61,591 nucleotides of DNA, filler included, from Choristocarpus tenellus KU-1152 (GCA_964200185.2; 9 parts of 9 records of this genome joined end to end with filler, not necessarily neighbours in it); one strand, 5' to 3'; counted from the first letter of the whole stretch, positions 36,558 through 51,249 are shown. Notes: generated from the letters alone by a model not told the origin. Numbers and translations: made by a program.

Positions 36558-39500
36558 ATTGCTGTATCCAGAGAGCCTTCTGCCAACCAAGGGACAGCAT
36601 CTGGTTCATTGGGTGTTTGTGATGTTCCACTTGTGTCTTTCATGGCACAGGTTGCTCCTGGCCTAGGTCTCCATGCTGTGTTCCAGCCCTATTCCAACAG
36701 GCCTTATCCTGAGTCATTTGGAGACCTTTCAAGGGATCTCCCAGAGACTGAGGAGGCTTTTTTTGAGGATTTTCTTACTCCCTGGTTCACAGAGGCAGTT
36801 GCAGTCAAGGGGAGAGGGTCTCCGGTGGTTTTGCACCTGCAGTCTTTGATCGAGACTCATATAGCCAGTGCCAGTGAGTGGCAGTTGAGGATGGGCAATC
36901 AATTTGTGAGGACATCTTTTTTCAAGATAGTAGATGTATCTTTTGCTTTTACTACAATTAAAAATACAATAATAATAAAAAGGATATAATTTGATGGACA
37001 AGTTAGATCCTTTTTCAAAAAACTATATTTATGTCTTTGACAGTTTGGTTGCAGAAGTAGGGATGTACCTGAAAAAAAAACGTGATTGTCGGGGTTTCAC
37101 CTTGTACTTTGTAACATAATTAATACTGAAATGTGATTTCTTTTTATTTATATTTTCTATTGATATGCTATTGTTTTTTTTCATTACTTTTAAGTGCTAT
37201 TTTTTTCACGTTTTTATTATTGTTTTATTATTTTGTTTGATGTCTTGGAATAAAAATAGTTTGCTTTTTGCAGACCTGTCTTGTTGAAGAGAGTGGAGGG
37301 GACATGTGAAATTGGAAGGGGCATTTTGGTGTGTATGCATGTGGTGATGGTTGGTGCAGATATCTTGTGTATTATCATTGTGTATTATCATTGTGTATTA
37401 TCATTATGTATTATCATTATGTATTATCATTGTGTATTATCATTGTGTATTATCATTATATATTATCATTGTGTATTATCATTATATATTATCATTATGT
37501 ATTATCATTATGTATTATCATTGTGTATTATCATTGTGTATTATCATTGTGTATTATCATTATGTATTATCATTGTGTATTATCATTGTGTATTATCATT
37601 ATGTATTATCATTGTGTATTATCATTATATATTATCATTATGTATTATCATTATGTATTATCATTATGTATTATCATTGCACATTGCCGTGATTTAGTAA
37701 TTGATCCTGTATTGTTGTTATTGTGTCTTGACTGTACTCTGTACTTGGTACATACTCTGTTCAACATCAGTTGAACCCTTTATGTGGATGAGGAAAAATA
37801 CTGCATTGGAAGGCGTTTCTTGTGACTTCGCAGAGGGCAGCCTAGAATAGGTATAGTAGACTAGACTATACGAAGATTTTTTTGTGATATTTTGGGGTAA
37901 CCTAATGATTGGTTTTTGCAACAACCCAATAAATATGTTTATGAAAATATGGTAGCAGGTTGTGTAAATATACCAAACTGTTTGGACTGATGCTGCACAG
38001 AGAAAGTTTGTGTTGTCTGATTGGGGTTTTTTCCCTTCTACAGTGGAAATGGGTTAGGGTTGGGGTTAGGGTTAGGGTTAGGGTTAGAGCATGTGTTTAA
38101 GCTTCTACTTAAAATGGTATGATACCCCTTTGCTCTGTTTTCATTATGATAAGTGATGGGTTCTGCACATTGGCTTACCTATAACTTAGGGTTATCTTGC
38201 AGTGTTGAGTTGCATCAACATGAACAATAATAGTCAATGTGATTCTCCTTAATTATAACTTGGTTGTGATTTGGGACTAATAGTGGACTGGCTCGCTGTA
38301 GCATCTCTCTCCAAGTATATTTTTTGTGATGCTATTCTAAAGGCAAAATATACTACTATTACTATTACTATTACTATTAATTTTATTATCGAGATAGTAT
38401 TATAATCATGATGCCCAAGTGGTTTTGGGAGGTGCCTAGGGAACCGGTCTTGGAGCATGGTGTATCACATGGTTTTGATGCCCATTGCCTGCCTACCTGG
38501 ACATCGTTTTTGTGCCTCACCTCACCTCCATGTTATGGCCCCTGTTTTTGTTTGTACAACTATCATATTGATGCTTATGTTCTGTTTGGTGAAGCTGTTC
38601 CTCAGGGTAACTTCACTCTACTACTCAATGAGGCTCTTCGACAACCTAGGCTCTCGAGGCTAGAGACAGCCACCTTAGTTCTCCACCTGGTCCCAGAAAT
38701 TTCCTGGAACATTCCAGGCATGGATGTGCTAGTTAAGGGGGTGAGTATGACTTGCACACATATAGAGAAATTTTAATGGGTTCATGAATGAGAACGTTTG
38801 TAAACAAAAAGAGAAGTCATGTGCTTTCGAAGAGGATTGGATTTGATACGATTCGATATGATTCGATACGATCCAATAGCCTTCTTTTGTGTCCATGGTA
38901 AAGTATGTATATGATGTGATGTTTTTTCCTGATATTTTCATTTATTTAGAGGAGTGAGATGGGTTCCACACTACTCGATTTTCCAGGCAACTATTAAAAG
39001 TACAGATGTTTGTAACTTTAACCCTAACCCTCACCCTAACTTGAAGGTTTTATGAGTATGCAGTAGTTAGAATTAAAGCAATATTGAAGATAGACTGGAT
39101 TATGTTTAAGATTGTGGCCGCCCCTTGAAGGGCACTACTGAAGCTATTTAATGTTATAATCCTAACAGATTAGTGTATACGATTGTATGCCCACTGATGT
39201 ATTGGGTTTTGCTGTTGCTAGGTCAGTTTCCAATGATGTCACCTCTTGATTATTCATCACCATGTACTAATATGTGCTAATCTTCGCTAAACTGTTGGGT
39301 TGGCGAGGATGTTGACATGAAGCACATAATGTATACCATGTTCCCCAGTCAGAATCAATAAACATGTTTTGGACTATTAATAGATAACTGCTGTTGCCCT
39401 ATTGCCTCCCCTGGGAAAGTATCAATGGTAGTAATCCTATTTAATATCAGGTGTATAGTTCTAACACGTAGAATGTTTTTTGTGGGCTTTACCAATACCA

Positions 39501-42500
39501 AGAAGTTACATCCTCCTAAAGTATTATGTAGCAATGTATGTGATTTTTAAGAACTGTATTTCAAAGATTTGGTGTAGATAGACCTAAGCGTGTATGATCA
39601 ATGACTATTGAGTAGTGTGCTATTGTTAGTTCTGAGTTGACCTGTAACCCTCACTTGTGTTCCCTGTATTGACCTCCTTACCCTCTCAACTCAAAAGCAC
39701 TTCTCTTGTCCCTATTGTAGTGGATTAGTTGCCCCAGGGCTGGACTGAATGCCGCAATTCCATAGCAATCACTCCAGAGCCATCTAGTTCATCCTTTGAA
39801 ACCCAATTCCACCATTCACCCACCGACCTTTGGTAACTCCTTTTACGTGACAATGTGTGCCATATACTACATCCACCTGTTCCATGCAGGTTTGTGGTCT
39901 GAGTGGAACAAGTGAGGAACGCTCTCAAATTGTTCTCAGAGGTCTTCCAGAGTTCCTTGAAGCATGCTTTGGGGTCTGGAACGGGCAGCAGGTGAGGTCC
40001 CCATTTGTGAGCCCTTGTGTTGCCAGCGAAATTGTGGATGGCATTGCAGTCATGGCTAGATTGCCTCCTTCACTATCAGTATGTACTAACTCTGCTGAGG
40101 CTGTAAGTGGTGCACACAAGGGACCTGGCCCAGTCTTGCTTGAGGGAATGCTGCGAGTGTTGTGTGCAGTGGGTAGTAGAAGAGGTAGTAGAAGAGGGTC
40201 AGGAAAGGGTTCTGGGGTAGTAGATAGTGATGCTGATCTCAAAAGAGGGTTGAAGGGACAGGGGCCATGTTCAATGGCTTCTGGAAGGCAAGTAGAGGGC
40301 TCCCAGACTATGGGAGCTAAGTTGGAGGAGGATCAGGGATCATTGGCTGGCTTGAAAAACTTTAGGGGCCTTGATAGGGGCAAAGGACAGACTGGTGAGG
40401 TGAAGGTAGGAGGTGCCATGGAGGCGTTGGAGGCACGTGCAGTACAGCTTCTTCTTGTCGCCTTCCAAGGTTGTTGCTGCGGTGGTAGGGTGGAGAGAGT
40501 ATGGAGGGACCACGGTTCAAAGGTGTTGATGAAAATTGTCTCATTGAATCATTTCCAAGGTGGGACGTTGGAAAGAAGCAGGGGCCGGGAAGTTTGGGAT
40601 AATTTTCTGGAGGGTGCTGTAGAGTACACCAGGCTTGCCATTGAAGGGAAAGGAGATGGAGGGGGGGGGGGAGGAAGGCAGCCTGTGCAGGATAGTGGTG
40701 GTGATAGTGAGATGAAATTGGAAGGATCCATAAAACTGTTGTATAAAGAAAAAGAAAAAGAAAAAGAGGTGTCTACGAGGCGTGCAGCAGTGCTGATGTT
40801 GGAGTTGGTGAAACTGCAAGAGGAGGTGTGGACGAACCTCCAGGGAGGTGTAGGCAACTGTTGTTCCCATGGGGTGGGTGATGAGCCGGTTCTTTGGAGG
40901 CTGGGTCTGACTAATCCTGTGGTGTGGCAACATCGTCGCAAGGAGGCATTGACATCCGCAACAGACAGAGAGAGCAGGAGTAAGGGGAGGGAAGTGGGGG
41001 CACTTATCCATAGCTTGAATGGTTCCAGGTGGAAGCTACGTTGGGATTGCCTCTCCTGTGGGCTTGGTAGGCTGTCTTCACCCTCAGAACGACTCTTGTT
41101 ACTGTTGCGTGGTATACCCACTGAATTACAAAACTATGAATTACAAAACTTGCCCAGCAGTACCTTGAATACAGTGAGTGGAGGAGTAGGAAGAACTGAA
41201 GACCAGGCTAAGGCCAGCGTGGATGGAGTGGGGTTGGGGGAGGGGTGTATTGGAGGGGAGGTTCTCTATGAAGTGCTAATGGCAGGAGTGGTATTCTGTG
41301 CCTGTTTGAGGCAGACCACCAAGAGGAGGTCAGGACATGATTCTGATAGTAGTGACTTGGGGCCAAATGATCTCCCCACTGGCCTTGGGGTTCCTCTGCC
41401 TCTGCCTGGGAGTACCGTTAACAGGAGTGACACCAGCACAGGGGGCAATGGGGGTGGGGCCAGCAAGGGGGCTTGTCCAGCAGACTTTGGGATTGGTTGC
41501 TCATCCTGGCGTGGTGGTTCCTTTGAAAATGGAGGTGGTGGTGGTGGTGTTGATGGTGGGTTATACCTTGGACGAGTGTCTAACATTGTGGCGGCAGCGA
41601 CCTGCCCGTTTTTGGCATCCCCATCAAGAACAAGTGTAACTGATGTAACTGCCAAGAGTGGAGATCTGTTCTTAGTGGAAGAAGAAGAGGACAGCTCGAG
41701 AAAGGACAGCCCGCTGACCTTGCTCTTGCCCCAGGATTTATGGAACTTGTCATTTGAGTGCCCTTCCAATGCAGTGGGAGCTTGGGGGTGTGTGAGGGAC
41801 AATGCTGAGGAGAGTGCTCTTGCTATGGGGGCAGGGGATTCAACTGTTACAGGAATGATGCCAATGGCCAAGACATCAGTAGGTGCAGGAGGTGTACAGA
41901 AGAGGGTAGAGGCACACCCAAGGTGCTCACAAAGGCACTCCTCATCTGAGGCTACATCAGATAATCTCTGTCTTCAATCGCAGATGCTAAGTGCTCTGGG
42001 TGTGGCCACCAGGACTATGGCAACAGAACTCGTGGTCTCTTTTGATGGGGCTGTACCAATTGCCTCAGGGGAGGTGGGGGCATGGTTCTTGTGTTGTGCT
42101 GCAGAGGTTATTGACGGGCTATCAAGGGCTGTCCTTGGGGAGGCGTTTGTGAATGGACTGGATCTGGGTGTTAGTGCCAACAGGTGAAAGCAGAGGGGCA
42201 GGTTAGGGGAAGGCTTGGCTTTGTTTGCTTGCTGAAATTTTCACTTTTCTCTATTTCTCTATTTGAGTGAATGCCGTATGTAGGCAGGGTATGGGAATAG
42301 TTCACAATGTGGTGAATGGTTCACAATGTGGTGAATGGTTCACAATGTGGTGAGAGAAGGCGTACCTCCTCTTCCAGGCAGTCCTTGTCTTTGCTGAAGT
42401 GGTTCTAGAACATTGAGATTTGTTAGACTCTGAGCTGTCTCTAGCTGGTGATTCTATCCTAACACTGCGAGGGCCCTTATGTCAATTACCACCACGTCTA

Positions 42501-43095
42501 CTCTTCTGATAATCTTCTTGGAACCTTCTTGAATGTGTACCTGCCGCACAGGACATGCGTGAACAATATATTATTAATACCTGTCGTATTTTAATATTTT
42601 TTTGTTGAAAGTATCTCTATTTCAAACCCCTCTACAGTGGTGTACCAGGATAATCAATATATTTCTTATTTGCAGTACAGTATCGTGTTAGAAAGTGGAT
42701 GGTATGTCACACAAGGATCATGTCATGAATATTGATCATGTTATGAATATTTCGTAAGTCTTGTTTTCACCTCGGTTACAGTGTCACTTTTGTTTGGGTC
42801 TTCTCCTCTTGGGTGCTCTGATGCTATCAAATACCCCTCTGAAACGCTGATTGGAGGATGGAACTGATCTTACATGATACACATGATACAATACATTCTC
42901 ACGGTACTGTTCTGTTCCTATCGACGATATACACCATGCCCTTCAGGATCATGTCCCATTGCTGTGGGTGTGGCCCATCCACTGCGCCTGTTCCACTGTC
43001 TGGTGAAGACCTTGTTGCAGGAAGTGAGGTGATGTATTCACAACAGGGTGGTGAGAAGGAGTTGGTAACGGTGGTGATCACACACATTGATGCCG
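36558..43095 (+). CDS. Partial large multi-exon gene of unknown function; exons ~36558-36873, (37274-37328?), 38606-38740, 39890-42183, 42947-43095
   Basis: The last three exons are AG/GT-bounded and phase-compatible; the 2294-nt exon is stop-free; the last exon has an SH3/Tudor-like pattern (GSEVMY..GEKELVTVVITHID). The 5' junctions are uncertain. Confidence 0.7.
37368..37680. repeat. 13-bp minisatellite (GTATTATCATTRT)n, ~24 units, intronic
   Basis: Direct tandem array; it accounts for the spurious YYHCVLSLCIII ORFs in all three frames. Confidence 0.95.
38050..38088 (+). repeat. Interstitial telomere-like (TTAGGG)n
   Basis: gggttagggttggggttagggttagggttagggttag. Confidence 0.85.
42300..42353. 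repeat. 19-bp tandem repeat, about 3 units
   Basis: gttcacaatgtggtgaatg units. Confidence 0.85.
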
Positions 43096-44371
43096 GTGAG
43101 AGAGAGTGTGCAAAAACAAATGAAGTTAACATCCATAGAAATAGTAATAATAATAGTGTTCATGTGGTCTTGGAGTAATATACACAATGTCTATGAGAAA
43201 CAGCATTACTCATTCAAAAAGGGAGTTTTTTGAAGGAGAAAAAAAATTGTACTATGTAGTATCATTTTTTTTGTTGAAAAATACTATTATGTGTATTTTG
43301 CACTTCAACTATACTAGACATTTGAATGAGGACTATATATACTGTATCTGTCAACACCATTATAGAGATGTGAAGGACTTGCAATTGTGATCTTTGAACT
43401 GTTTTGAGGGGTCAACGTATCTGGGGGGGNNNNNNNNNNNNNNNNNNNNNNNNNNNNNNNNNNNNNNNNNNNNTTAATTAATTAANNNNNNNNNNNNNNN
43501 NNNNNNNNNNNNNNNNNNNNNNNNNNNNNGGAGGGGAGAGGGGGCAGGCCATACACAATCTTACAATAACAATCTTAAAATAACAATCTTACCCCTGTCT
43601 CTGCCCAGGACTGTACAATAGCAATAGAATAATGTTCCTGTCGGTCTGTAACTAATCCTAGTGCTCTTTCCTCCGACATTGTCTTCAACTCAGATTCATC
43701 TAGGTAACCCTATGACAGAACACAGTTACAACAGTTACAAAACAAGAAAAAAAATACAGAAGAGGTTGGGGCGTGGTGGGGAGGTCAGCCAGGAAAGGCA
43801 AGGCAAGAGTGGGAGTGAGAATATTTGTGTGGATATTAACTGTTTTGGTGAGTTGTCACTAGGGTGGGTGCAGGCTGATAAGGGAGTGATACAACAGCAG
43901 AAAAAAAAAGATGTGTTTGGGTTAGGGTTAGGGTGGTCCCCACAGGGAGGGCGAGGCTTCGGGAGGTGAGGTAATCTGGAAGGTGCATTCTGAAGGGTTA
44001 TTAAAGGGTATACAACTCTTGCAAAAATAATGCACGGAAATCAAAATCAAAATCAAAACATTGAAGTCGATTTATTTGTTCTGATGCAATCAAAAATTAT
44101 TCCTACTCAATTATCTGATGATTATTTATCAAAAAGAACCGATTATCATAAACTAAAGAGAGGTGTTACCAGTGCGCACTACTCAACACAGCTAACAGTC
44201 CTTCGAATAACAGTCCCCCGTTCATTGGCCGTACATCCCTTCCCCNNNNNNNNNNCCCGGGCCCCCACCCAAAACAACCAAAAAACCCCCCAAAAAAACC
44301 CCCCCCCTCTTTGGCCCCCACCCCCCCCCCCCCCCCCCCCCCCCCCCATCAAAAAGAAAAAAACAACTTAC

Positions 44372-45689
44372 ATCTTCATCAACCCCCTTTCCCTTTCCAC
44401 CATTTCCCCGCTTGCTCCCCCCATGGCTAGATCCCTTGCCCCCCTTGCTGCTCCGACTGCGATCCCTTCTCGGTGCCGGAGATGTTATGCTCACTCCACT
44501 CGCCTGACCACAAAATACAAACACCATTACCACATTACCACAAGATGAAGGACAAAGATTAGATAGATAACTGGACTGGGTAAATGATATGGTACCAAAC
44601 AACTCGACTCAAATGCATGCAAAGATAAAGAAATTTATCATTAAAAAAACAAACACACACACACACATCCATAGACTTGTGCTGTAAAATCCCCCTAGGA
44701 CACACAAATACGCAACAGGATATGGAAATATCGCCATCACAGGGAAAGGACCTTAGCTGTAGACACCAGGGCCAGGGGTTAGGCGGAACAATTGTCAACT
44801 TGATGATCAAATAAAACTTACAAATAAGAGAGAGCATAATGATGTGGGACTCTTAATATGAAAAGGTACAAATATTATAATAACATAACCTACACACACC
44901 AACACTATCACCACACAAACAACAAACCACTCAATCCCATCAACATCACCCCCCCCCCCTTCAACTCCTTAAACTGACTTGCGCCATGCAAATTGTAACT
45001 CCCCTCTTTCTCCTTCTTCTCAATAAAAACATCCCCTCCAAAATAAAAATAAACAAGATCCCATGACGCCTTCGACAAATAAAAATAAAAATAAACATAA
45101 ACACAAACCATACAAACCTTCGACGCCTCGTCATGCTCTGCCTGGGTCATCAAAGCCTCAGGGCTAGTAAGCAGATGGTGGACCAGTCTATTGAGAAGTC
45201 TAACATCTGGCATGGGAATCCTTGCTGCCCTTTCCTCCACTGAACCTGGTGGAAAGCCCATCACATGCGGAACACCCTCTCCTGCAGCCCCAGTTCCAAC
45301 ACCACCAGTCCCAGCCCCAGGGCCACCCGGACCACCCCCAGGGCATCCAGTTCCCATCCCGCGCAGCTGCAGTCGAGACCACTCTTTCTTAGGTGGGTTG
45401 TCTAAGGTCAGCGGATGTCCTCTTTGAGGGTGAGAGTCGGATGCAGGACTGGATTGTCTAGAGGGGGGTTAGGGTTAGGGTGTGTTGATGGGGGGGTGAG
45501 ATTGAGAGTCACCAACATGTAGTCATATGTGGGGTTTTAATAATCGCTCATGAGGGGTATAGGGTTAAGGTTGGGTGTAGGTACACAAGGTATAGACTAT
45601 ATTGAGGCACACACAAATGCATCTAAAGCTCTTCAAACAACAACCTATCTATTAAAAAGAAGTCAAACGTGTGTGTATGTGTATGTGTA

Positions 45690-45745
<56 letters not shown>

Positions 45746-46905
45746 CTCTTATACTATAATAAATAAATAAATAAATTAATAGTAACAGTCCATGCGACGT
45801 AATGACGAACCAACACCAAACCATTTGAAACTGCCACTACCCAAAAAAGTCACATTCAGCAAAACCCTGTACATCTCCTGTATAATCTGTTACATAATCT
45901 GTTACACAAACAAAACAGAAAGAACAAAATAATTCCCCCCTTCCCCCTCAAACAAACCTCTTGGCCGCCACCACAGTTTCAGCCTTCAGTGAAGACTCCA
46001 TGCCACCCTGCACTTCCCCTTCATCCTGCTTCTCTTCCTCCTTAACACCTGTATACTTCCTACAATTTGCTTCTTCCTCACCCCCCGTCTTCACCACCTC
46101 ACTCCTGCTGCCACCATCTCCCCTTCTAACAATAGTTCCATCTACATCCATGCCATCAGCACTTGACCAGCGAGGCATATCCTGCCAATTTCTAACCCCT
46201 GACCCTAACACCAACAAAGACGTGGCAGTCATGTGAGATGCAAAGGGGAAAGAGAAGTAAGCAATGTGTAGAGTTTTTATACAGATACAACAGGCGTGTC
46301 AAGCATTAGAAAATAATAATAATATTGCAACACGCATTTTGTACTGCAATGATTTCACTTCTTACAAAGTGTACCCAAATGTCGCACTAGACCAGCACTA
46401 GTCCCTCATTGCACATTACAGTGTTCAATCCATCAATGAGGTATTAAGGTGAAGAACGATAACCCCTTCAAAGGCACATTCATGACTGGTACCAACCTCA
46501 ACAATACCAAATATGCCCCACCTCCAAAAAATCAGTGCATTCCATCCCCATTCCATCCCCAAAGTGCATTAAAGTCAGAATATTCGCCAACAGAAAATGA
46601 TGTAAAGCATGCCCTAAAACACAAACCTCCTCTCTCTTCATTCTCCCCCCCTTCCCCTTCCCCCTCCCCAACGCCCGATTGTTCCTCCTTAACACCTCGC
46701 ACTTGAAGCTCGCTCTTCACCCCCACCTCCCCCACCCCTACCCATGCCCCATGCCTCCCAGCAGCAGCACCCGGGTGGGACCAATGGCTCATCCCATTTC
46801 CATCCTGAGGAGTCTGTATATGCCCTGGCCCTGGCCCTGGCCAAGTCCCCCCCCCAGGGGGCCAAACTCCCATCCCCCCCCCAACTGGCCTTTGCCCTCG
46901 CCCCG
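44372..46905 (-). CDS. Partial low-complexity (Gly/Pro-rich) protein gene; exons 46703-46905, ~45958-46204, 45118-45457, 44372-44503
   Basis: GT/AG boundaries, with compatible phases at the last two junctions; contains EERAARIPMPDVRLLNRLVHHLL; no domain recognised. Confidence 0.6.
45668..45739. repeat. (TG)n(AG)n microsatellite
   Basis: Read directly from the sequence. Confidence 0.9.
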
Positions 46906-47989
46906 NNNNNNNNNNNNNNNNNNNNNNNNNNNNNNNNNNNNNNNNNNNNTTAATTAATTAANNNNNNNNNNNNNNNNNNNNNNNNNNNNNNNNNNNNNNN
47001 NNNNNGTGTAGACCGCCCCCGTGCCCCCAGATACTTTGGGGGTGGTATCAATTGCTCTGCGTCCATAGGATAACGTGACCTCCACTACTGCACAACAAAA
47101 TTTGACTGGGGCGTTGAAGCAACCAGCAGATGATACAACTCTACAAATCCTGTCTGCTGCCATGCCACTCAAATACCAGAACAAGAACAAGGTGGTGCGT
47201 TGTCATTGCCAAGAATCGAAAAGGTTGGGTCCAGCACAAAATTCGAGGGATTATGAGAGGAGAGGCAAACTGATGAGGAGTGGGTCTCTTAATCCAATGC
47301 GTAAGCATTCCAAAACGGAGGCAGTAACAAGTGTACATTATTGTTGTGCACCAACTGTACTTCTGACCACAGGTGGTAATAGTCCCCAGTCTAGAGAGAA
47401 GATGCATTGATAAACGCATTTCTAAGATATTGTCGTTGAAGTAAGAGTATGTAGCAAAAAAATCAAATCTGACAAACAAAAAGTCAAGATAGTATGAAAT
47501 TTCGTACCAGTACATGACCCAAACATTGATTGTCGAAATTGTAAAATACTTGGAAAAAATAGCTGAAAATGCAGAAACATGAAGGAGGATATCTTCTCAG
47601 CGGGTTGATGCTTTTGAAGCATCAACTACTGGATGGAGATCAATTGGGAAGGGAGAGCTGTGCAATCTACCTTGGGAGGTAATGCTATTTGTTAGTAGTG
47701 AAGATAAGAAGGTGTGAAGCCTCACACAACCCCCTTTGCTGAACGTGATTACATGGTTGAAGATTAGAAGAGTGACCTTTGTGTGGTGTCTTCTCATTGC
47801 TTGTTTATTATTTATTTGCGCTTCCTATCTGAGTCAACGGTCATGTCAAAGTAGTTGAATGCAGAATAAATACCAATATATAATCCCATACATAATTTGG
47901 ATATACTATTTTATTAGTTACATCACATGGACTCAATTCAACACAATAATCTCATATACACAAAATAAGGTACACCTCACTATTGTCCT

Positions 47990-49247
47990 ATTTTGCACGC
48001 TCCTCGCCTTCCACCAATCTATAAGCTTCAGGGAAATCTCTGTCAACACATGCCAAAGATTTAGGGGTGAGGAATACTTGTCATTCCATAGTTCCGCTTT
48101 GACACAACTGAGGAACACAGCTTTTCTCGCAGCGAGCGCTTCTATATCCTGCACACGCAGCGTCGTCTTGATATTTCCCACACCATGACACAAGCCATAG
48201 AGGATTCCTTCGTGGACGTAGCAGTGGTCGTCCAGGACAAGGAGATTCGCAGCTTTGCCAGCCCACATCAATCTAAATTCGTAGTTATGGATAACCTGTT
48301 GAAGGACACAGGTTTGCACACGATAGTATGTTGGTGAGGATAGGTTTGCTGAGCGGAGGGGCTCCTCTGCACAAGTCTCAAGGAATTGATCTTTTATTCC
48401 GATGTTCAACTTACCATCGTCGGATATGGGCAGGTCATCATCGCTATCCACAAATCTTGCAGCACTCCTATTCACATCCAATGTTTTATTGGTGACTGCT
48501 GCCTCCCTACTGCTACGTACAGGGAAAAAAATATCCTCCAGCAAGGTTACTGGGGGGATTACAGGCGTTACATTCCCCTTGCGACTGGGGATGTGTATTT
48601 CCGAACCTGAGCTCTGTACAGGTCCGGAACCATGATACCTCCCAACACCCCAGGAAGACTTTCGTCTCTTTACCAGGAGGAGATCGACAATATGGATCGA
48701 CCTCCTTCACACTACCTTTTCACCTTCGCCAGATCCGTCATAGCTGTCCTCATCCGAGACTGACTCCATGCTATGTGTTGTCCTATGCCTAGATCATGTC
48801 AGTGTTTCAGGTATTTCCTCCTCCACGAGTCTGCATCCCACCTGCTCATATCTGACCCTAACTCACTACGAACAACGTCACTGTCGTAATTATATGGTTG
48901 TCAATGGGAGACCTAGGCGCGTTTAGAGTGCCGCTTAGTCCCCCGTCCCGTTCTTCCACACACTTTTCTTCTGCGTCAAGTTTAGCACAAGCTTGGAACA
49001 GAAACTCTGCGAGGTGTTGCACACACTTGGGGTCGCGGTTCCCCTCCAGTATAGTGCAGACTACTACGTCACCCCCAGTTGGACGTGGAGGTTGGCAAGC
49101 AGTGTAAAAAGAAATACTCGACTTTGCCCACGCGTCATCGGTATCATGCACCCTGGAAACAGTGTTGTCTGGCGCCATGACAACGCAGATGGCATGCCTT
49201 GACTTGGAGCAGTGGGACGCATGGATGTCGAGGGAAGAGATGGTCAC
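47990..49247 (-). pseudogene. Second copy of the orphan-family gene, fragmented
   Basis: ORFs 48858-49247 (N-domain) and 47933-48544 (C-domain) match 26960-27250 and 28340-28720 in the same order. Confidence 0.7.
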
Positions 49248-49699
49248 GTTTCTGGTGTGTGTTTGTTACTGCGGTGATGAGAACTTCAAAAACCAAAATG
49301 GATTTTAAATGATATACAATCAACTTCTAACCGAATTCGTTTAGGGTTTTTATTAATGTAAGGTGTGCAACATTTGCAAACGATGCGTATCTACATAATT
49401 TGAATTCTTCCCCTCCGCTATTGTACCATTGCCAGGCGTGGTGAGGAGTATCTTCGGCTGTTGATGGGTACAATGTGGGTTGATGGTGGGATCAGGGATT
49501 GGGGTGGTGAGGATTGGTGGGACTGTAGGTGGGTCAGCTGCAGAGAGCTGAGTTCGTGGTGGATGCGGGTGATGTGGTCATGTGTTGAGGTTTTGGTGTG
49601 GTCAGTGATTGAGGTGGTGTGGATTGGAGGGACTCTGGATGGATCTGCTGCAGGCAGCTGAGTGGGTGGTTAATGAGGGCAATGGTTGATGCTTCATTT

Positions 49700-49900
49700 G
49701 GTTGGGTAGGGTTATTTAGAGGGACTGTGTATGGATAGGTTGGAAAGAGCTTCTGGGCAGGAGGAGTGGGTGGGTTGTTTGGAGGGACTGTGTATGGGTA
49801 AGTTGGAGGAAGCTTCTGGGCAAGAGGGGTGGTTCGGTTGTTTGGAGGGACTGTGGGTGTGGAAAGTGGAAGGAGCTTCTGGGCAGGAGAGGTGATTGGG
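49700..49900 (-). repeat. ~60-bp tandem repeat encoding SCPEA.S...HSPSKQP.H units
   Basis: Three or more units of gagcttctgggcaggag...ggagggactgtg. Confidence 0.75.
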
Positions 49901-50574
49901 AGGATGGTGTGTGGGTAGGTGGGGTTGGTGTAGGTTATGGCAATGATGTGGCTGATGATGGTGTGGCTGAGGTTTGTGGGACTTTTTTTTGTGGTAAGTT
50001 GTTGAAATATTCCACACTGGAACCGCGGCTTTGGTGCTTTAATGAAGGACGGTGAATAGCTTGGTGTAGATGTGCAATGTTAGTATTACAAGGGGGGCTT
50101 GTGGTCTCAATTCCGTTTACTGGATAGGTGGGTGAGACAAGCCTCAACACTCATTACTATTCCTATAGTGCGGGGGTTGCAATCATCCACACTAATTTAC
50201 TATGAATCACTTATTAACTTGTCTTAAGTATGGTAAGTGTATCTTGAACGTAACACTCAAATCAATGGACACTATGATGAGTCAGGACATATGATATATG
50301 TTACTGGCTCTCAATCCTATCACATAATCCACTGGTGGTGTCTGCGTGTATCAGCAGCACTATCTAAGAACACTCTCCCTTGCTGTGCAGACACTATGCA
50401 CCCTAAAAATCTGCTTCTTTGAAATTAGAGAACTACAAACTTCTGGAAGCTCTCACCAAAACAATGCAACAAACATACCCTAACATCAATGTTGACGTTG
50501 GGTCTGTGTAAGTACTAAAAAAAAACAGTCATCGATCTAATCATCTGTCCTACTACAGCCTTATGCGAAAATAT

Positions 50575-51010
50575 CTTCTGGTACTTTCTCCGGCAGGTCC
50601 TTAGCAATGCCATGTTACGTCTCCCACAATCCATGAAATGGCAGGGTCCTTAGCAATACATAGAGTGTCTCCTACAATCAACTAAACCTCCCTAGTACAT
50701 CACTACTGCAGGTCACTGGAACGCAGATCCTACATCATATCTACCTTCCTATTGTAGTCTCCAGTGGAAACATTATCGGATACTTCTCCGCAGGTCCCTA
50801 GCAATCCCATGTTGCGTCTCCTACTATCAACAAATCTCCCTAGTACGTCACTACTACAAGTCACCGGAATACAGTAATATGTTGGAGCTGTTGCTTCCTA
50901 TCTATCCTATGACAATCTCTACCAACACATTCTGGGGAGTTTTTCTAGTGTGGTTCCTTAGCCATACCAAGTTGCGTCTCCCACGATCCACGAAATATCC
51001 CTAGTGTAAC
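50575..51010. repeat. Imperfect dispersed tandem repeats, likely internal to a retroelement
   Basis: Recurring ggtccttagcaat..catgttgcgtctcc and ccctagtac..cactact motifs. Confidence 0.55.
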
Positions 51011-51249
51011 GTCTAATGTGAATCCTTGGAAAAGAGTAGCACTTATCAATTGACTTTCTTGTTACTACATAACATACACACAAACGAAGAAAATCTCTCC
51101 CTGACTTTAATGGCTCTTCCATCAAACGTCAGTCGGCATACAACATCACAGCTGTCACTTGACTACTGTTGTTATGCATTAAAATACACCAGACAAGAAG
51201 GGGACAATCTCAAGTAAAATATTTTGAAATGACAGTAAACACAAGGGAA

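Noticed and set aside
37368-37680. CRISPR-like array or repeat protein ORFs
   Set aside because: Contiguous 13-bp units with no unique spacers; open frames in all three phases are a by-product of the repeat.
40541-41871. Long minus-strand ORFs (156-201 aa)
   Set aside because: Antisense shadows of the 2.3-kb plus-strand exon.
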